DNA of 64,000 bases, from contig JAXGQB010000014.1 in the NCBI GenBank assembly GCA_040766655.1, forward strand, positions 10,955 to 74,954. The letters run 5' to 3'. Position 1 is the stretch's first letter. Each line of letters starts with the position of its first letter. Below, in pieces: positions 18,353 to 29,221 of this stretch. The position numbers were made by a program, and so were the translations under genes. The notes beneath the pieces are model-generated. The model ran no database searches, had not been told where the DNA came from, and was given only the letters and a program-made list of their open reading frames with translations. The DNA is from Anaerolineae bacterium (GTDB taxonomy: Bacteria; Chloroflexota; Anaerolineae; CG2-30-64-16).

Positions 18353-19162
18353 CTACGGCGCTCCGACTTCAGGCTCCATCGCCACGTCACACACGGCCTC
18401 AGCCAGAGAGCCTACCGCCTTGACGACATCCACGCGCAATATGAGGTCCATGTAGTCGTCGAGCGCAGTCGGCGTGCGGTTGACGAGTACCAATTTTGCG
18501 CCGCGGCGCTTGGCCAGAAGTGGCAGGTCGGCCGCGGGCATCACCTCCAGTGATGAGCCCACGATGAGCATCACGTCAGCGCGCAGCGCCTCGTACTGCG
18601 CGCGGGAAAGCATGTCGTAGGGCAGCGGCTCGCCGAAGAGTACCACATCGGGTTTGAGCAGTCCGCCACACGCCGGACACGGAGGCGGCAGAATGTCCCT
18701 CAGTACATCCTCCAGCATGGGCTCGGCAGAAAGTGTCTGGCCACAGTCGAGGCACGTCATCGTGCGCGTGTGACCGTGCAACTCGACGACCTGCCGGCTT
18801 CCGGCCGCCTGGTGCAGGGAATCGATGTTCTGCGTTACCACTGCCGCCAGGCTTCCCGCGGCCTCCATCCGGGCCAGGGCCTTGTGCGCGCCGTTGGGAC
18901 GCGACGAGACCATCTTATGTAACAGCGGCCTGAACCACTTGTAGAACCGTTCCGGCTGATCGTGGAAGCCCCAGAGCGACGCCACCTCGAGCGGTTCGAA
19001 CTGCCTCCAGAGACCAGAGGATTCGCTCCGGAAATCAGGGATGCCCGATGGGGTGCTGATGCCCGCTCCCGTGAGGGCGACTAGGTGCTGGGAAGTGTCG
19101 AAGAGCCTGACAGCTTCCTGGAGGAGTGAGTGGGTCGGATCATGACGGATTCGTTGAGACAC
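18353..19162 (-). CDS. cobB: NAD-dependent protein deacylase (sirtuin)
   Basis: GAGISTPSGIPDFR, TQNIDSLH, ELHG, two CxxC, GSSLEVMPA; the longer ORF start overlaps the promoter, so GTG 19162 was chosen. Confidence 0.93.
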   Translation of the reverse strand: MSQRIRHDPTHSLLQEAVRLFDTSQHLVALTGAGISTPSGIPDFRSESSGLWRQFEPLEVASLWGFHDQPERFYKWFRPLLHKMVSSRPNGAHKALARMEAAGSLAAVVTQNIDSLHQAAGSRQVVELHGHTRTMTCLDCGQTLSAEPMLEDVLRDILPPPCPACGGLLKPDVVLFGEPLPYDMLSRAQYEALRADVMLIVGSSLEVMPAADLPLLAKRRGAKLVLVNRTPTALDDYMDLILRVDVVKAVGSLAEAVCDVAMEPEVGAP

Positions 19163-19200
19163 AGCAACACCGCTGCGCAAGGATGACTGCGGACCAATCG

Positions 19201-19262
19201 ACTTTAGCATAGTATCACTGATGTAGCAAGCGGTTGACAGTTGTGCAACCTTCATGTATATT
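19201..19262. promoter_or_regulatory. Divergent promoters for cobB (minus) and the pgsA-ECF cluster (plus)
   Basis: Plus: TTGACA(19234)-17-TATATT(19257). Minus: TTGCTA-17-TAAAGT ending at 19201. AT-rich patch. Confidence 0.7.
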
Positions 19263-19304
19263 GTACTTACATTTATCGTCCTTCAGCATTCAAGGCGTGT
19301 GTTC

Positions 19305-19889
19305 ATGGTAGCTAACCTGGCGAGAGCCTGGACTGCGCGGTTCATCGAACCTGTCGCTCGCTTACTCGGGTCGTTGGGACTATCACCCAACGCAGTAACG
19401 GTTCTGGGCTTCCTCCTGACGCTGGCCGTTTCGGGCGTTCTGGCCACCGGACAGCTGCCACTTGCGGGCGCATTGCTGATAGTAACCCTGGCATTTGATG
19501 CAGTCGATGGCTCACTGGCGCGGATCACCGGCCAGACCACGGCTTTCGGCGCTTTCCTTGATTCGACACTCGATCGTTGGGCCGAAGTGGCCATCTACGT
19601 GGCAATTCTCTGGGTGTACGTGCAGGCGAACGACGACCTTGGAGCGATGCTGGCGATCACAGCGCTGGCCATGTCTCTGCTCGTCAGCTACACGCGGGCA
19701 CGCGCCGAGGGTATCGGACTACAGTGTAAGGAAGGCCTGTTCACTCGCTTCGAGCGACTTGTGGTCCTGATTCTCGGATTGCTGACCGGGCTGCTCACCT
19801 GGGCATTGGCTTTTATCGCGCTGCTTGCCGGCGTAACGGCAGTCCAGCGCATCGTCGTAACGTGGAAAGCGGCACAACTGAGACCATAG
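19305..19889 (+). CDS. CDP-alcohol phosphatidyltransferase (PgsA/phosphatidylinositol-phosphate synthase-like)
   Basis: SPNAVT, DAVDGSLAR..G.TT.FGAFLDSTLDR signature, VSYTRARAE, RFER. Confidence 0.92.
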   Translation: MVANLARAWTARFIEPVARLLGSLGLSPNAVTVLGFLLTLAVSGVLATGQLPLAGALLIVTLAFDAVDGSLARITGQTTAFGAFLDSTLDRWAEVAIYVAILWVYVQANDDLGAMLAITALAMSLLVSYTRARAEGIGLQCKEGLFTRFERLVVLILGLLTGLLTWALAFIALLAGVTAVQRIVVTWKAAQLRP

Positions 19890-19917
19890 TGGCCACACGT
19901 GGGCCCACGAATTTGCA

Positions 19918-20535
19918 ATGAGTTTGCTTAATTGGCTCGTTTGGGCGTTATCTTTTGCGACCTTTGGCGTCATCAAAGGTGATGGCACGCGCAGTGAACC
20001 GCCAGATTGGCAGGCCGTGCTGGATCGGGCGCTGCAAGCCGAGCCCGCGGCGTTGGGTGTGATCTACGACCAGTACGTTGACAGGATCTACTCTTACATC
20101 TATCACCGGGTTGGGCAGCCGGACATTGCGGAGGACCTGACCGGCCAGGTGTTCATGCGGATGTTAGAGGCCGTTCAGGGTGGGCGAGGTTGGCGGTCTT
20201 CATTTTCGGGCTGGCTCTATCGGATCGCCCACAACCTTGTCATCGATCATTATCGACGCCGTAAGCGAGCAACGTTCGTGGACCTGGAGGATGCGGCCCC
20301 GGTGCAGGCCCAGACAGGCGATCCGGTCCGCTTTTCCGAGACGCAGTATGAGAGGGAGCGATTGCGATCAGCCCTTGCGAAGCTGACTGACGAGCAGGCC
20401 CAGGTCATTTCGCTCCGATTCCTTGAAGATCTGAGTATTGCTGAAGTTGCTGAGATGTTGGATAAGACCGAAGGTGCGGTAAAAGCGTTGCAGTATCGGG
20501 CAGTGCTTGCATTGCGACGGGTGATGGAACTATGA
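19918..20535 (+). CDS. ECF-type RNA polymerase sigma factor
   Basis: Region 2 AEDLTGQVF..SFSGWLYRIAHNLVIDHYR; region 4 LSIAEVAEMLDKTEGAVKALQYRA; start uncertain. Confidence 0.93.
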   Translation: MSLLNWLVWALSFATFGVIKGDGTRSEPPDWQAVLDRALQAEPAALGVIYDQYVDRIYSYIYHRVGQPDIAEDLTGQVFMRMLEAVQGGRGWRSSFSGWLYRIAHNLVIDHYRRRKRATFVDLEDAAPVQAQTGDPVRFSETQYERERLRSALAKLTDEQAQVISLRFLEDLSIAEVAEMLDKTEGAVKALQYRAVLALRRVMEL

Positions 20536-22307
20536 AAGCCCGCCACGACGATCTGATCAGCGCCATGCTGGCCGAATGCTCCGACATGATTCTGGCAGGC
20601 GCCTCCGTTGCTGCCTGTCTGGAACGGTATCCGGAGCAGGCCACTGAGCTCGAGCCATTGCTGCGCGCTGTCTTCAGCGTGCGCGAGCTAACCCCTGTTC
20701 CGCCTCGTTCGCCGGCAATCGCCGCCCGCAGCCGCAGCATCTTCATGTCCCGGGTTGCCCGTCTTCAGCCGCGGGGAACAACTCGTCCCTGGTGGCAAAC
20801 CCTCCTCAACCCCGGCCCAACCGTGCCTCGCACCCGGCCTTTGGGTCTTTTCGCGATTTTGCTAATTGTAATTATTAGTGGTATATTCATTACTGGTAGT
20901 GTTACCCTGGCTGCCAGCGCACTGCCCGGCGACCTTCTCTTCGGCGTAAAGACCGGAACCGAGAACGTGCGGATGTTCTTCACGTTCGACGAGGAGGCAC
21001 GCGAGGACCTGGAGATGCTGTACGGCCAGCGCCGGGTCGAGGAAGCGAAAGCGATCGTCGACCAGAAACGGCCTGTTGACAACTTAATACTGCAGGGAAT
21101 CATCGAATCGCTTGGTCCGAACAGCTGGGTGGTATCTGGAATGAATGTACTGCTCCAGCCCGGCTCCAAGATCGAGGGCAACCCCGAGATCGGGGCTGCA
21201 GTCCGGGGTCGAATGCAGGCGCCGGGTGACGGGTCACTGCTGCTGATCTACGCAGAGGTGCTGCCGCCCGACGTTTCAGAGGCGGATAGCCAGGCGGGCG
21301 CCTTCCAGCAGGAGACGCCGACGGCCATCGCACCGACCTCCGCGCCGTCGCCGACGCCAACGATGACGCCGGCTGCGGAGCTGGCAGCGCCGCTCCTGTC
21401 ACTGCAGGGCATGACGCTGGCAGAGCCGACCGACCAGCCAACGGCGACGCAGACGCCGTCGCCCACTGCGACGCGGACGGCCACGCCGACTGCGACCCGT
21501 ACAGCGACGCCGACGCGGACCGCGACACCGATCCAGACGAGGACGCCGACCCCGCTCCCGCCACCGCAAGAGGTCATCAAGGGCCGGGTGATGGGTCGCT
21601 TGACGGCAATGAACGGCAGCGTCTGGACGGTCAACGGGCAGAACATCGAAGTGCCCGCCGGCACGCCGATCGCAGGCAACATCGAGATTGGCTGCATGGT
21701 AGACGTGGAGATACAACACCGATTCGGCGCAATGCCCTTGGCCCTCCAGATCTGGGTCACAGCATCGCCCATTGCCACCCCTGAACCGTACGAGTTTGAG
21801 GACTACGTCGAGGCCATCAACGGGGAGTGGTGGAGCATCGGGGGCAAGCAGGTCAAGGTCACCGGCGACACGCAGCTGGTCAACGACCCGGCGGTCGGCG
21901 ACCTGGTTCATGTCAAGGCACTGCGCCAGGCCACCAACGAGCTGTGGGCCACCAGCATCACGGCCATCCGCTTCATCGAAGTCCAGATCGACGGCATCAT
22001 CGAGGCGCTGAGCGGCAGCTCGATCACCGTCGACGGTCATACCATCACCATCAACGAACAGACGCAATTCGTGGGTTCGCCGGCCGTTGGCCGCCAAGCC
22101 CAGGTGAGAGCCCTGCAGATGCCCGACGGGAGCCTTATCGCGACGATCATCGTCGTGGTCGAGCCCGCTGAGACATCGACGGCCGAGCCAACCGCGACGC
22201 CCACCGTTGCACCGACTGAGAGTGCAACGGTTGAGCCAACCGCTACACCCACCTTCGAACCGACCGATCCTGCCCCTAGCGAGCCGACCCCGACCCAAGC
22301 ACCCTGA
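20532..22307 (+). CDS. Putative membrane anti-sigma factor with DUF5667-like and repeated DUF5666-like (OB-fold) extracellular domains
   Basis: ATGA overlap with the sigma gene; N-terminal CLERYP..A.EL.PLL domain, one TM, ALPGDLLFGVK motif, repeated G.I.......W.V.G..V....T modules, PT-rich linkers. Confidence 0.75.
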   Translation: MKARHDDLISAMLAECSDMILAGASVAACLERYPEQATELEPLLRAVFSVRELTPVPPRSPAIAARSRSIFMSRVARLQPRGTTRPWWQTLLNPGPTVPRTRPLGLFAILLIVIISGIFITGSVTLAASALPGDLLFGVKTGTENVRMFFTFDEEAREDLEMLYGQRRVEEAKAIVDQKRPVDNLILQGIIESLGPNSWVVSGMNVLLQPGSKIEGNPEIGAAVRGRMQAPGDGSLLLIYAEVLPPDVSEADSQAGAFQQETPTAIAPTSAPSPTPTMTPAAELAAPLLSLQGMTLAEPTDQPTATQTPSPTATRTATPTATRTATPTRTATPIQTRTPTPLPPPQEVIKGRVMGRLTAMNGSVWTVNGQNIEVPAGTPIAGNIEIGCMVDVEIQHRFGAMPLALQIWVTASPIATPEPYEFEDYVEAINGEWWSIGGKQVKVTGDTQLVNDPAVGDLVHVKALRQATNELWATSITAIRFIEVQIDGIIEALSGSSITVDGHTITINEQTQFVGSPAVGRQAQVRALQMPDGSLIATIIVVVEPAETSTAEPTATPTVAPTESATVEPTATPTFEPTDPAPSEPTPTQAP

Positions 22308-22322
22308 AGGTTGGGGGAACTC

Positions 22323-24662
22323 GTGATCCCAGACAAAAATACTTCGCGGCGCGGCCTGCCTTGGTCCGTGTGCCTGCTCCTAGCGCTGGTGCTGTTCTGG
22401 CCAGCGCAATTGAGCGCGGGTGCGGGCGGAGAGGGATTCGATCCAACTGCTGTCACCTCGACGAGCATCGAGGGCCTGGTCAAATCCATGGCAGCCGACA
22501 CCTGGCTGGTGGATCAGACCACGGTCCGGATCAACGCTGCAACCGCCATCGTCGAGCTGGGCGGAACACGGGAAGTGGGCGCTTGGGTGGTCATTTGGGG
22601 CGTGCGGACGCCCGAATACCTTACGGCAGAGACGATCCATATCCTGCGCCCGGCCGGCGCCCCAATGCCACTCAGCCAGTTCACGGGCCTGGTATCGAAG
22701 ATCCAGAAGCCCTATCTGCTGGTCGGCGAAACCCTCGTCACGGTCCCCGACGCACTGCTGGCCGCAACACACCCCGCCATCAACGACCTCGTGTCAGTCC
22801 AGGCGCGTCGGGACAGTCGCGACTGGGTGGCCCAGCAGATCGAGGTGCTGGTCCCCGCTGGCACGCAAGCACCCGTCCAGATAGAAGGCACTGTCGAGCA
22901 GGCAACGGAGGCCGAGTGGGTCATCGACGGGCGCTCCATTTCGCTGGTTGAGAAGCCGGGGGAGGACGCGAACCAGGGTGACAGGGCTGAGGTCGAGGCG
23001 AGGATCGCTGACGACGGACGGCTGATTGCCGAGAGCACGCGGATCGTCGACCCGGCCACCGAGACGAAGCTCGACGTCTACGTCGTCGGCTTCGCCGGAG
23101 TTGGCACTGAGAGCCAAACCTGGAACGTGATCATATTCGAGGACGGGAGGAGCGAGCACGGAACCGTTCGGGTCTCTTCGGATACCTACGTGGACGAGGA
23201 TCGCGCGGTGCTGGCGACGGAGATCGAAGCCGTCATCGATGGGAATCGCCTCGCCGGCCACGAGATCGCCGCGAACCTCGCCTGGCTCGAACAGCCACCT
23301 TCGGTCATCGTCGCGGGCACGCTCACGGAGGGCATGGCTGGCACACTGCCCCAGATCAATGGACATCCGGTGTGGTTTCGCACTGAGCAGGTGCGCCAGC
23401 AGGCGCTGGCAGAGAGCCGCATAGACCCTCTGGCTTCAGCACAAGGCGCTGGCGAGGTGGTCCTGAGAGGTGTCCAGTTGCGGAATGGCGTCGTCGTCGC
23501 TCACGAGGTTCTGCAGGGCGCGGCCGCGCTGGAGGCAATGAAGAGCGCCCTGGCACCGGCGTCGGTTGCGGGCGCCATGTCGACGTGGTCGGCGCCTGCT
23601 CCGATCGTCTCGGAGTTGCCGAAGGCCACCAAACCGACCCTGCTCTTTGCCCCCGATCGCACCGCGCACATGGTCTTCGAATCGCTCGGCATCATTTACC
23701 ACGCGTCACAGACGCCGGGCACTTCCTGGGGAACCCCACGCAAGATCGCGACCGGCGTCTCACCAACTGCGATACTCGATGCACAGGGGCGTTTGCACGT
23801 CGTTTACATCAACGAGTTCATGGGCAACTACGACGTATACCATGTGCGCCTGACCAGCAGCGGCTGGACCGCGCCCGTCTACGCGGCCTACACATCGGGC
23901 CGGTCGGCCGATCCGGCGATCGTCGCGGATGACGGCGGGAAGATCCACCTCGCGTGGATGGACAATACGTCGGGCTCGTGGGCAATCCACACGGGAAGCT
24001 GGAATGGCCTGCACTGGACCAGCAGCCCGGTGACCAATGGCCGCGGCCAGAGTCCTGCGCTTGCGATTTCGCCACAACAGACGCTCGTCCTGGCCTGGCA
24101 GGATCGCGTTCCTACAGGCGTCGATACGTGGGGCCACTTCGACATCTACCAGAGCGAACGGAAGGATGGCTTCTGGGGGCTGCCGGTCAACGTGTCCGTC
24201 AACGCCTCCTTCAGCCCGGGGGTCGACGCGATCGGCGTCTCGATGGTAGTCACAAGTGATGGTCTGATTCATCTGGCCTGGTGCAACGACGAGCAGCAGA
24301 TTCGCTATAACATGGGCCGCGGGCTGTACTGGCCGCGTCCGGTCGATGTGAGCGTTCGCCGCGAGCTGATACGCGGCCTCGACCTGCGCCTGGGCAACGA
24401 CGGCCTGTTGTACCTCGCGTGGGACGAAGGAACCCGGGTGAGCGTGACGGCAGCCGCGCCGAACTCGCAGGTGTGGCCAGGGGCAAGGCTCATGGCGACT
24501 CAGCCGGGCCTGTTCTCGGACGTATCACTCACGAATGCTACAGGTGGGGTGGTGCTGACTTGGGTGTATCAGGCTCAGGCGGGGCCAGCAGCAGTCTACG
24601 AAAGCGTCAGCGGCATGGTGAATCCCATCAAGCTGTGGCTGACCTCGATCACTCGTTCCTGA
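22323..24662 (+). CDS. Secreted protein: several DUF5666-like OB repeats plus a C-terminal beta-propeller-like region
   Basis: Signal peptide; IEG.V......W.VD repeats; C-terminal P.I..D..G.LH.AW repeats; ends LWLTSITRS. Confidence 0.7.
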   Translation: MIPDKNTSRRGLPWSVCLLLALVLFWPAQLSAGAGGEGFDPTAVTSTSIEGLVKSMAADTWLVDQTTVRINAATAIVELGGTREVGAWVVIWGVRTPEYLTAETIHILRPAGAPMPLSQFTGLVSKIQKPYLLVGETLVTVPDALLAATHPAINDLVSVQARRDSRDWVAQQIEVLVPAGTQAPVQIEGTVEQATEAEWVIDGRSISLVEKPGEDANQGDRAEVEARIADDGRLIAESTRIVDPATETKLDVYVVGFAGVGTESQTWNVIIFEDGRSEHGTVRVSSDTYVDEDRAVLATEIEAVIDGNRLAGHEIAANLAWLEQPPSVIVAGTLTEGMAGTLPQINGHPVWFRTEQVRQQALAESRIDPLASAQGAGEVVLRGVQLRNGVVVAHEVLQGAAALEAMKSALAPASVAGAMSTWSAPAPIVSELPKATKPTLLFAPDRTAHMVFESLGIIYHASQTPGTSWGTPRKIATGVSPTAILDAQGRLHVVYINEFMGNYDVYHVRLTSSGWTAPVYAAYTSGRSADPAIVADDGGKIHLAWMDNTSGSWAIHTGSWNGLHWTSSPVTNGRGQSPALAISPQQTLVLAWQDRVPTGVDTWGHFDIYQSERKDGFWGLPVNVSVNASFSPGVDAIGVSMVVTSDGLIHLAWCNDEQQIRYNMGRGLYWPRPVDVSVRRELIRGLDLRLGNDGLLYLAWDEGTRVSVTAAAPNSQVWPGARLMATQPGLFSDVSLTNATGGVVLTWVYQAQAGPAAVYESVSGMVNPIKLWLTSITRS

Positions 24663-24762
24663 CCGTTCCGGGGTTGTGTCAGAAGTGTGTGGCCGTCCGT
24701 GAGCGCGTTCACCAGGGTGCACGCAGAGCCCACTGACGGCCACTTCAACAATCAGAAAATTA

Positions 24763-25227
24763 TCAGCCTGGCGTCGACACCCACCGGCGCTCCTCGAAGA
24801 CCAATCCGCTCCTCAGTAGCTCTTGCCGTATTGTTTCGGCGCTTACGTCGCTCATGACACCGCGTTCGATGAGCTGAGACCGCAGCCGTTGCAGTGACCA
24901 GGAGTCAAATTCAAGGCCAAGCACCCGGGGATCGGTGGTGGCAAGGCCCACGATGGCTTCGCGCTGGGCCCGGGTGAAGAGCCGGGGCCGGCCGGGCGAG
25001 CGTCGCGGATACAATCCCTTCAAGCCAAACCGATTGAAGCGGTGAATCCACTTTCGCACGTTGATCGGATGCAGACCAACGGTCGTGCTGATCTCATGCA
25101 CCCCGACCCGTTGGGCTGAAAGAAGGATGATCTGCACACGACGCGCAAGCTCTTCATCACTGCTCTTCAACAGATCTTCGAGCCGAGGCCGTTCGTCGGC
25201 CTTCAGCGTCCGTGAGTATAGCGCCAT
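24763..25227 (-). CDS. Helix-turn-helix protein resembling the DNA-binding half of an IS630 transposase (no DDE domain)
   Basis: RVQIILLS, VRKWIHRFNRFGLKGL, SPGRP, WSLQRL, VSAETIRQ.L; strong AGGAGG SD; stop at 24763 with no catalytic ORF after it. Confidence 0.75.
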   Translation of the reverse strand: MALYSRTLKADERPRLEDLLKSSDEELARRVQIILLSAQRVGVHEISTTVGLHPINVRKWIHRFNRFGLKGLYPRRSPGRPRLFTRAQREAIVGLATTDPRVLGLEFDSWSLQRLRSQLIERGVMSDVSAETIRQELLRSGLVFEERRWVSTPG

Positions 25228-25519
25228 GCATTGCCTCCTGACCAGCGACTGGATCCAAACGTCGCACGCTAGTGTTTGCATGTAATACACTACTGAAGAC
25301 GCAAAGTGGCTACAAAAAGTCACGCTATTAATGGTTGCCCGGAGGCCAATTCGGCAAATATATCATATTTTTAAGGTGTGGACCCGAATCGAGACCGAAC
25401 GTCGCTCGCGGGCCGATTATGACCGATGTCATGGCGGCACAGCCCTCGATGTCGTATGCTTAGACAATGTGCATTTAGTCGCAAGACACCCTCAACACCA
25501 CACTGGAGGTTCACGAACT

Positions 25520-27391
25520 ATGAAGCGCTTGACACCTGTGCCCAGCGATCTGGAGATCGCGCAGGCCGCCGAACTGAAGCCGATCCTGGAGATCGCGGAG
25601 AGCCTGGGCCTGAGCCCGGATGACCTGGAGTTGTACGGCAAGTACAAGGCCAAGGTGCACCTGGACGTGCGCGAGAAGTTCGCGGATCGTCCGCAGGGGA
25701 AGTACATCGACGTGACCGCGATCACGCCGACGCCGCTGGGTGAAGGCAAGACGACGACGACGATCGGCTTGACGCAGGCCCTGGGCGTGCTGGACAAGTC
25801 GGTGGTGGCGTGCATCCGGCAGCCGTCGCAGGGGCCGACCTTCGGCATCAAGGGCGGGGCGGCCGGGGGCGGCTACTCGCAGGTCGTGCCGATGGAGGAC
25901 TTCAACCTGCACCTGACGGGCGACATCCATGCGATCACTGCGGCGCACAACCTGATTGCGGCGGCGATCGATGCGCGCATGCTGCACGAGTCCCTGACCG
26001 ATGCGCAGACGATGTTCGACCGGCTGTGCCCGAAGGACAAGACGGGCAAGCGCAGCTTCTCGCCGACGATGCTGCGGCGGCTGGCGAAGCTGGGGATTGC
26101 CAAGACCGATCCGGAGGAACTCACGCCGGAAGAGCGGGCGCGCTTTGCGGTGCTGGACATCGACCCGGCGACGATCACGTGGAACCGCGTGATCGACATC
26201 TCGGACCGCTTCCTGCGCCGGATCGAGGTGGGCCTGGGGCCGGAGGAGAAGGGGCGCACGCGGGTGACGGGCTACGACATCACGGTGGCGTCGGAGCTGA
26301 TGGCCATCCTGGCGTTGACGACCAGCCTGGAAGACCTGCGGGACCGGATCGGGCGGGCGGTGATCGGGACCAGCACGACGGGCGCGGCGGTGAGCGTCGA
26401 GGACCTGGGCGTGGCCGGCGCGGCGACGGTGTTGATGAAGGATGCGATCATGCCCAACCTGATGCAGACGCTGGAAGGGCAGCCGGCATTCGTGCATGCG
26501 GGGCCGTTCGCGAACATTGCGCACGGCAACTCGTCGATCGTGGCGGACCAGATTGCGCTGCAGCTGGCGGACTACGTGGTGACCGAGTCGGGCTTCGGGG
26601 CGGACATGGGCATGGAGAAGTTCATGAACATCAAGTGCCGCTACTCGGGGCTGACGCCGGACTGCGTGGTGCTGGTGGCGACGGTGCGGGCGCTGAAGAT
26701 GCACGGCGGCGGGCCGAAGGTGGTGGCGGGCAAGCCGCTGGACTTCGCGTACACGACGGAGAACCTGCCGCTGCTGGCCAAGGGCATCGCCAACCTGGAG
26801 GCGCACATCGAGAACATCAAGCGCCAGGGTGTGCCGGTGGTGGTGGCGATCAACCAGTTCAAGGACGACACGCCGGCGGAGATCGCGCTGATCCGGGAGC
26901 GGGCGTTGGCCGTTGGTGCGGAAGATGCGGTGCTCTCGAATCACTGGGCGCTGGGCGGCGACGGTGCGGTGGACCTGGCCAAGGCCGTGATGGCGGCGTG
27001 CGACAAGCCGAGCGAGTTCCAGTTCCTCTACCCGCTGGAGTGGAGCATCAAGGAGAAGATCGAGAAGATCGCCAAGGACATCTACGGTGCGGGCGAGGTG
27101 AGCTACACGCCGGAGGCGGAGGCCAAGATTGCGCTATACACGAAGCTGGGCTTCGACAAGCTGCCGATCTGCATGGCCAAGACGCACCTGAGCCTGACGC
27201 ACGACCCGGCGCTCAAGGGCCGGCCGCAGGGCTACGTCTTCCCGATCCGCGACGTGCGCGCCAGCGTCGGTGCGGGGTTCCTCTACCCGCTGTGCGGTGA
27301 GATGCGCACGATGCCCGGCCTGCCCACGCGGCCGGTGTTCTACGACGTGGACCTCGACCTCGAGACCGGCCGCGTCGTCGGCCTGTTCTAG
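25520..27391 (+). CDS. fhs: Formate--tetrahydrofolate ligase
   Basis: [59 protein letters not shown]; GGAGG SD. Confidence 0.98.
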   Translation: MKRLTPVPSDLEIAQAAELKPILEIAESLGLSPDDLELYGKYKAKVHLDVREKFADRPQGKYIDVTAITPTPLGEGKTTTTIGLTQALGVLDKSVVACIRQPSQGPTFGIKGGAAGGGYSQVVPMEDFNLHLTGDIHAITAAHNLIAAAIDARMLHESLTDAQTMFDRLCPKDKTGKRSFSPTMLRRLAKLGIAKTDPEELTPEERARFAVLDIDPATITWNRVIDISDRFLRRIEVGLGPEEKGRTRVTGYDITVASELMAILALTTSLEDLRDRIGRAVIGTSTTGAAVSVEDLGVAGAATVLMKDAIMPNLMQTLEGQPAFVHAGPFANIAHGNSSIVADQIALQLADYVVTESGFGADMGMEKFMNIKCRYSGLTPDCVVLVATVRALKMHGGGPKVVAGKPLDFAYTTENLPLLAKGIANLEAHIENIKRQGVPVVVAINQFKDDTPAEIALIRERALAVGAEDAVLSNHWALGGDGAVDLAKAVMAACDKPSEFQFLYPLEWSIKEKIEKIAKDIYGAGEVSYTPEAEAKIALYTKLGFDKLPICMAKTHLSLTHDPALKGRPQGYVFPIRDVRASVGAGFLYPLCGEMRTMPGLPTRPVFYDVDLDLETGRVVGLF

Positions 27392-27523
27392 GTCGTCAGT
27401 CCGGGATGCTCTGGGGGCGAAGCTGCATGCACGGCGCAAGCGGCACACGCTGCTTCGCCCTCAGGATCGACTACCTCTCTCGCGCTTGCACGGCGCAATC
27501 ATACAGATGCCGGGCAAATGCAT

Positions 27524-27590
27524 TTGGCGCCGGACACGAAATGCGCTATACTAACATCTGACCTCCGGAGCTTCGTGGCCTTCGGAGGTT
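27524..27590 (+). promoter_or_regulatory. Promoter and 5' hairpin of the FmdB-family gene
   Basis: TTGGCG-17-TATACT (27524-27552); stem acctccggag/cttcggaggt at 27561-27589. Confidence 0.6.
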
Positions 27591-27627
27591 TGAATGTTCA
27601 GTGGAAGGTAGTTCGGGGGATTCGGCA

Positions 27628-27936
27628 ATGCCCACATATGTCTATGAATGCACGGATTGCGGCGTGAGATTTGAGCGCCTGCAGTCCTACAGTGATGCTA
27701 CGCTCAGAGAGTGCCCCGAATGTGGCGGCCAGGTGCATCGCGTCATCCAGCCCGTCGGGGTGATCTTCAAGGGCTCCGGCTTCTACGTCACCGACAACAA
27801 GGGGAAGTCGTCCACGGCGATTCCTGCACACAAGAAGGAGGATGCCCCTTCGACTCCCGCTGGTGACAACGACAGCAAGAAGCCCGAGAACACGACGAGT
27901 TCTGCTTCGACGACGACAGCCAAGAAGGACGACTGA
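27628..27936 (+). CDS. FmdB-family zinc-ribbon protein
   Basis: MPTYVYECTDCG...CPECGG...FKGSGFYVTD plus a low-complexity tail. Confidence 0.9.
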   Translation: MPTYVYECTDCGVRFERLQSYSDATLRECPECGGQVHRVIQPVGVIFKGSGFYVTDNKGKSSTAIPAHKKEDAPSTPAGDNDSKKPENTTSSASTTTAKKDD

Positions 27937-28060
27937 TTCGGGCGCATACTCACAGTCCTCAGCAGAGGCGTGGATCCTCTTGAGGATCTACGCCTTTTGT
28001 TTGGGCGCCGGTTCCCATGGTTCTGCCACCTGACCTCCATCATGTTGAAATTGCCCACCT

Positions 28061-29217
<1,157 letters not shown>

Positions 29218-29221
<4 letters not shown>

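Noticed and set aside
24663-25330. Intact IS630 element
   Set aside because: No DDE domain, no frameshifted second ORF, and no terminal inverted repeats or TA duplication found
25331-25519. ZTP or THF riboswitch upstream of fhs, and the longer ORF start at 25331
   Set aside because: No recognisable conserved riboswitch core; GGAGG before ATG 25520 marks the likely start
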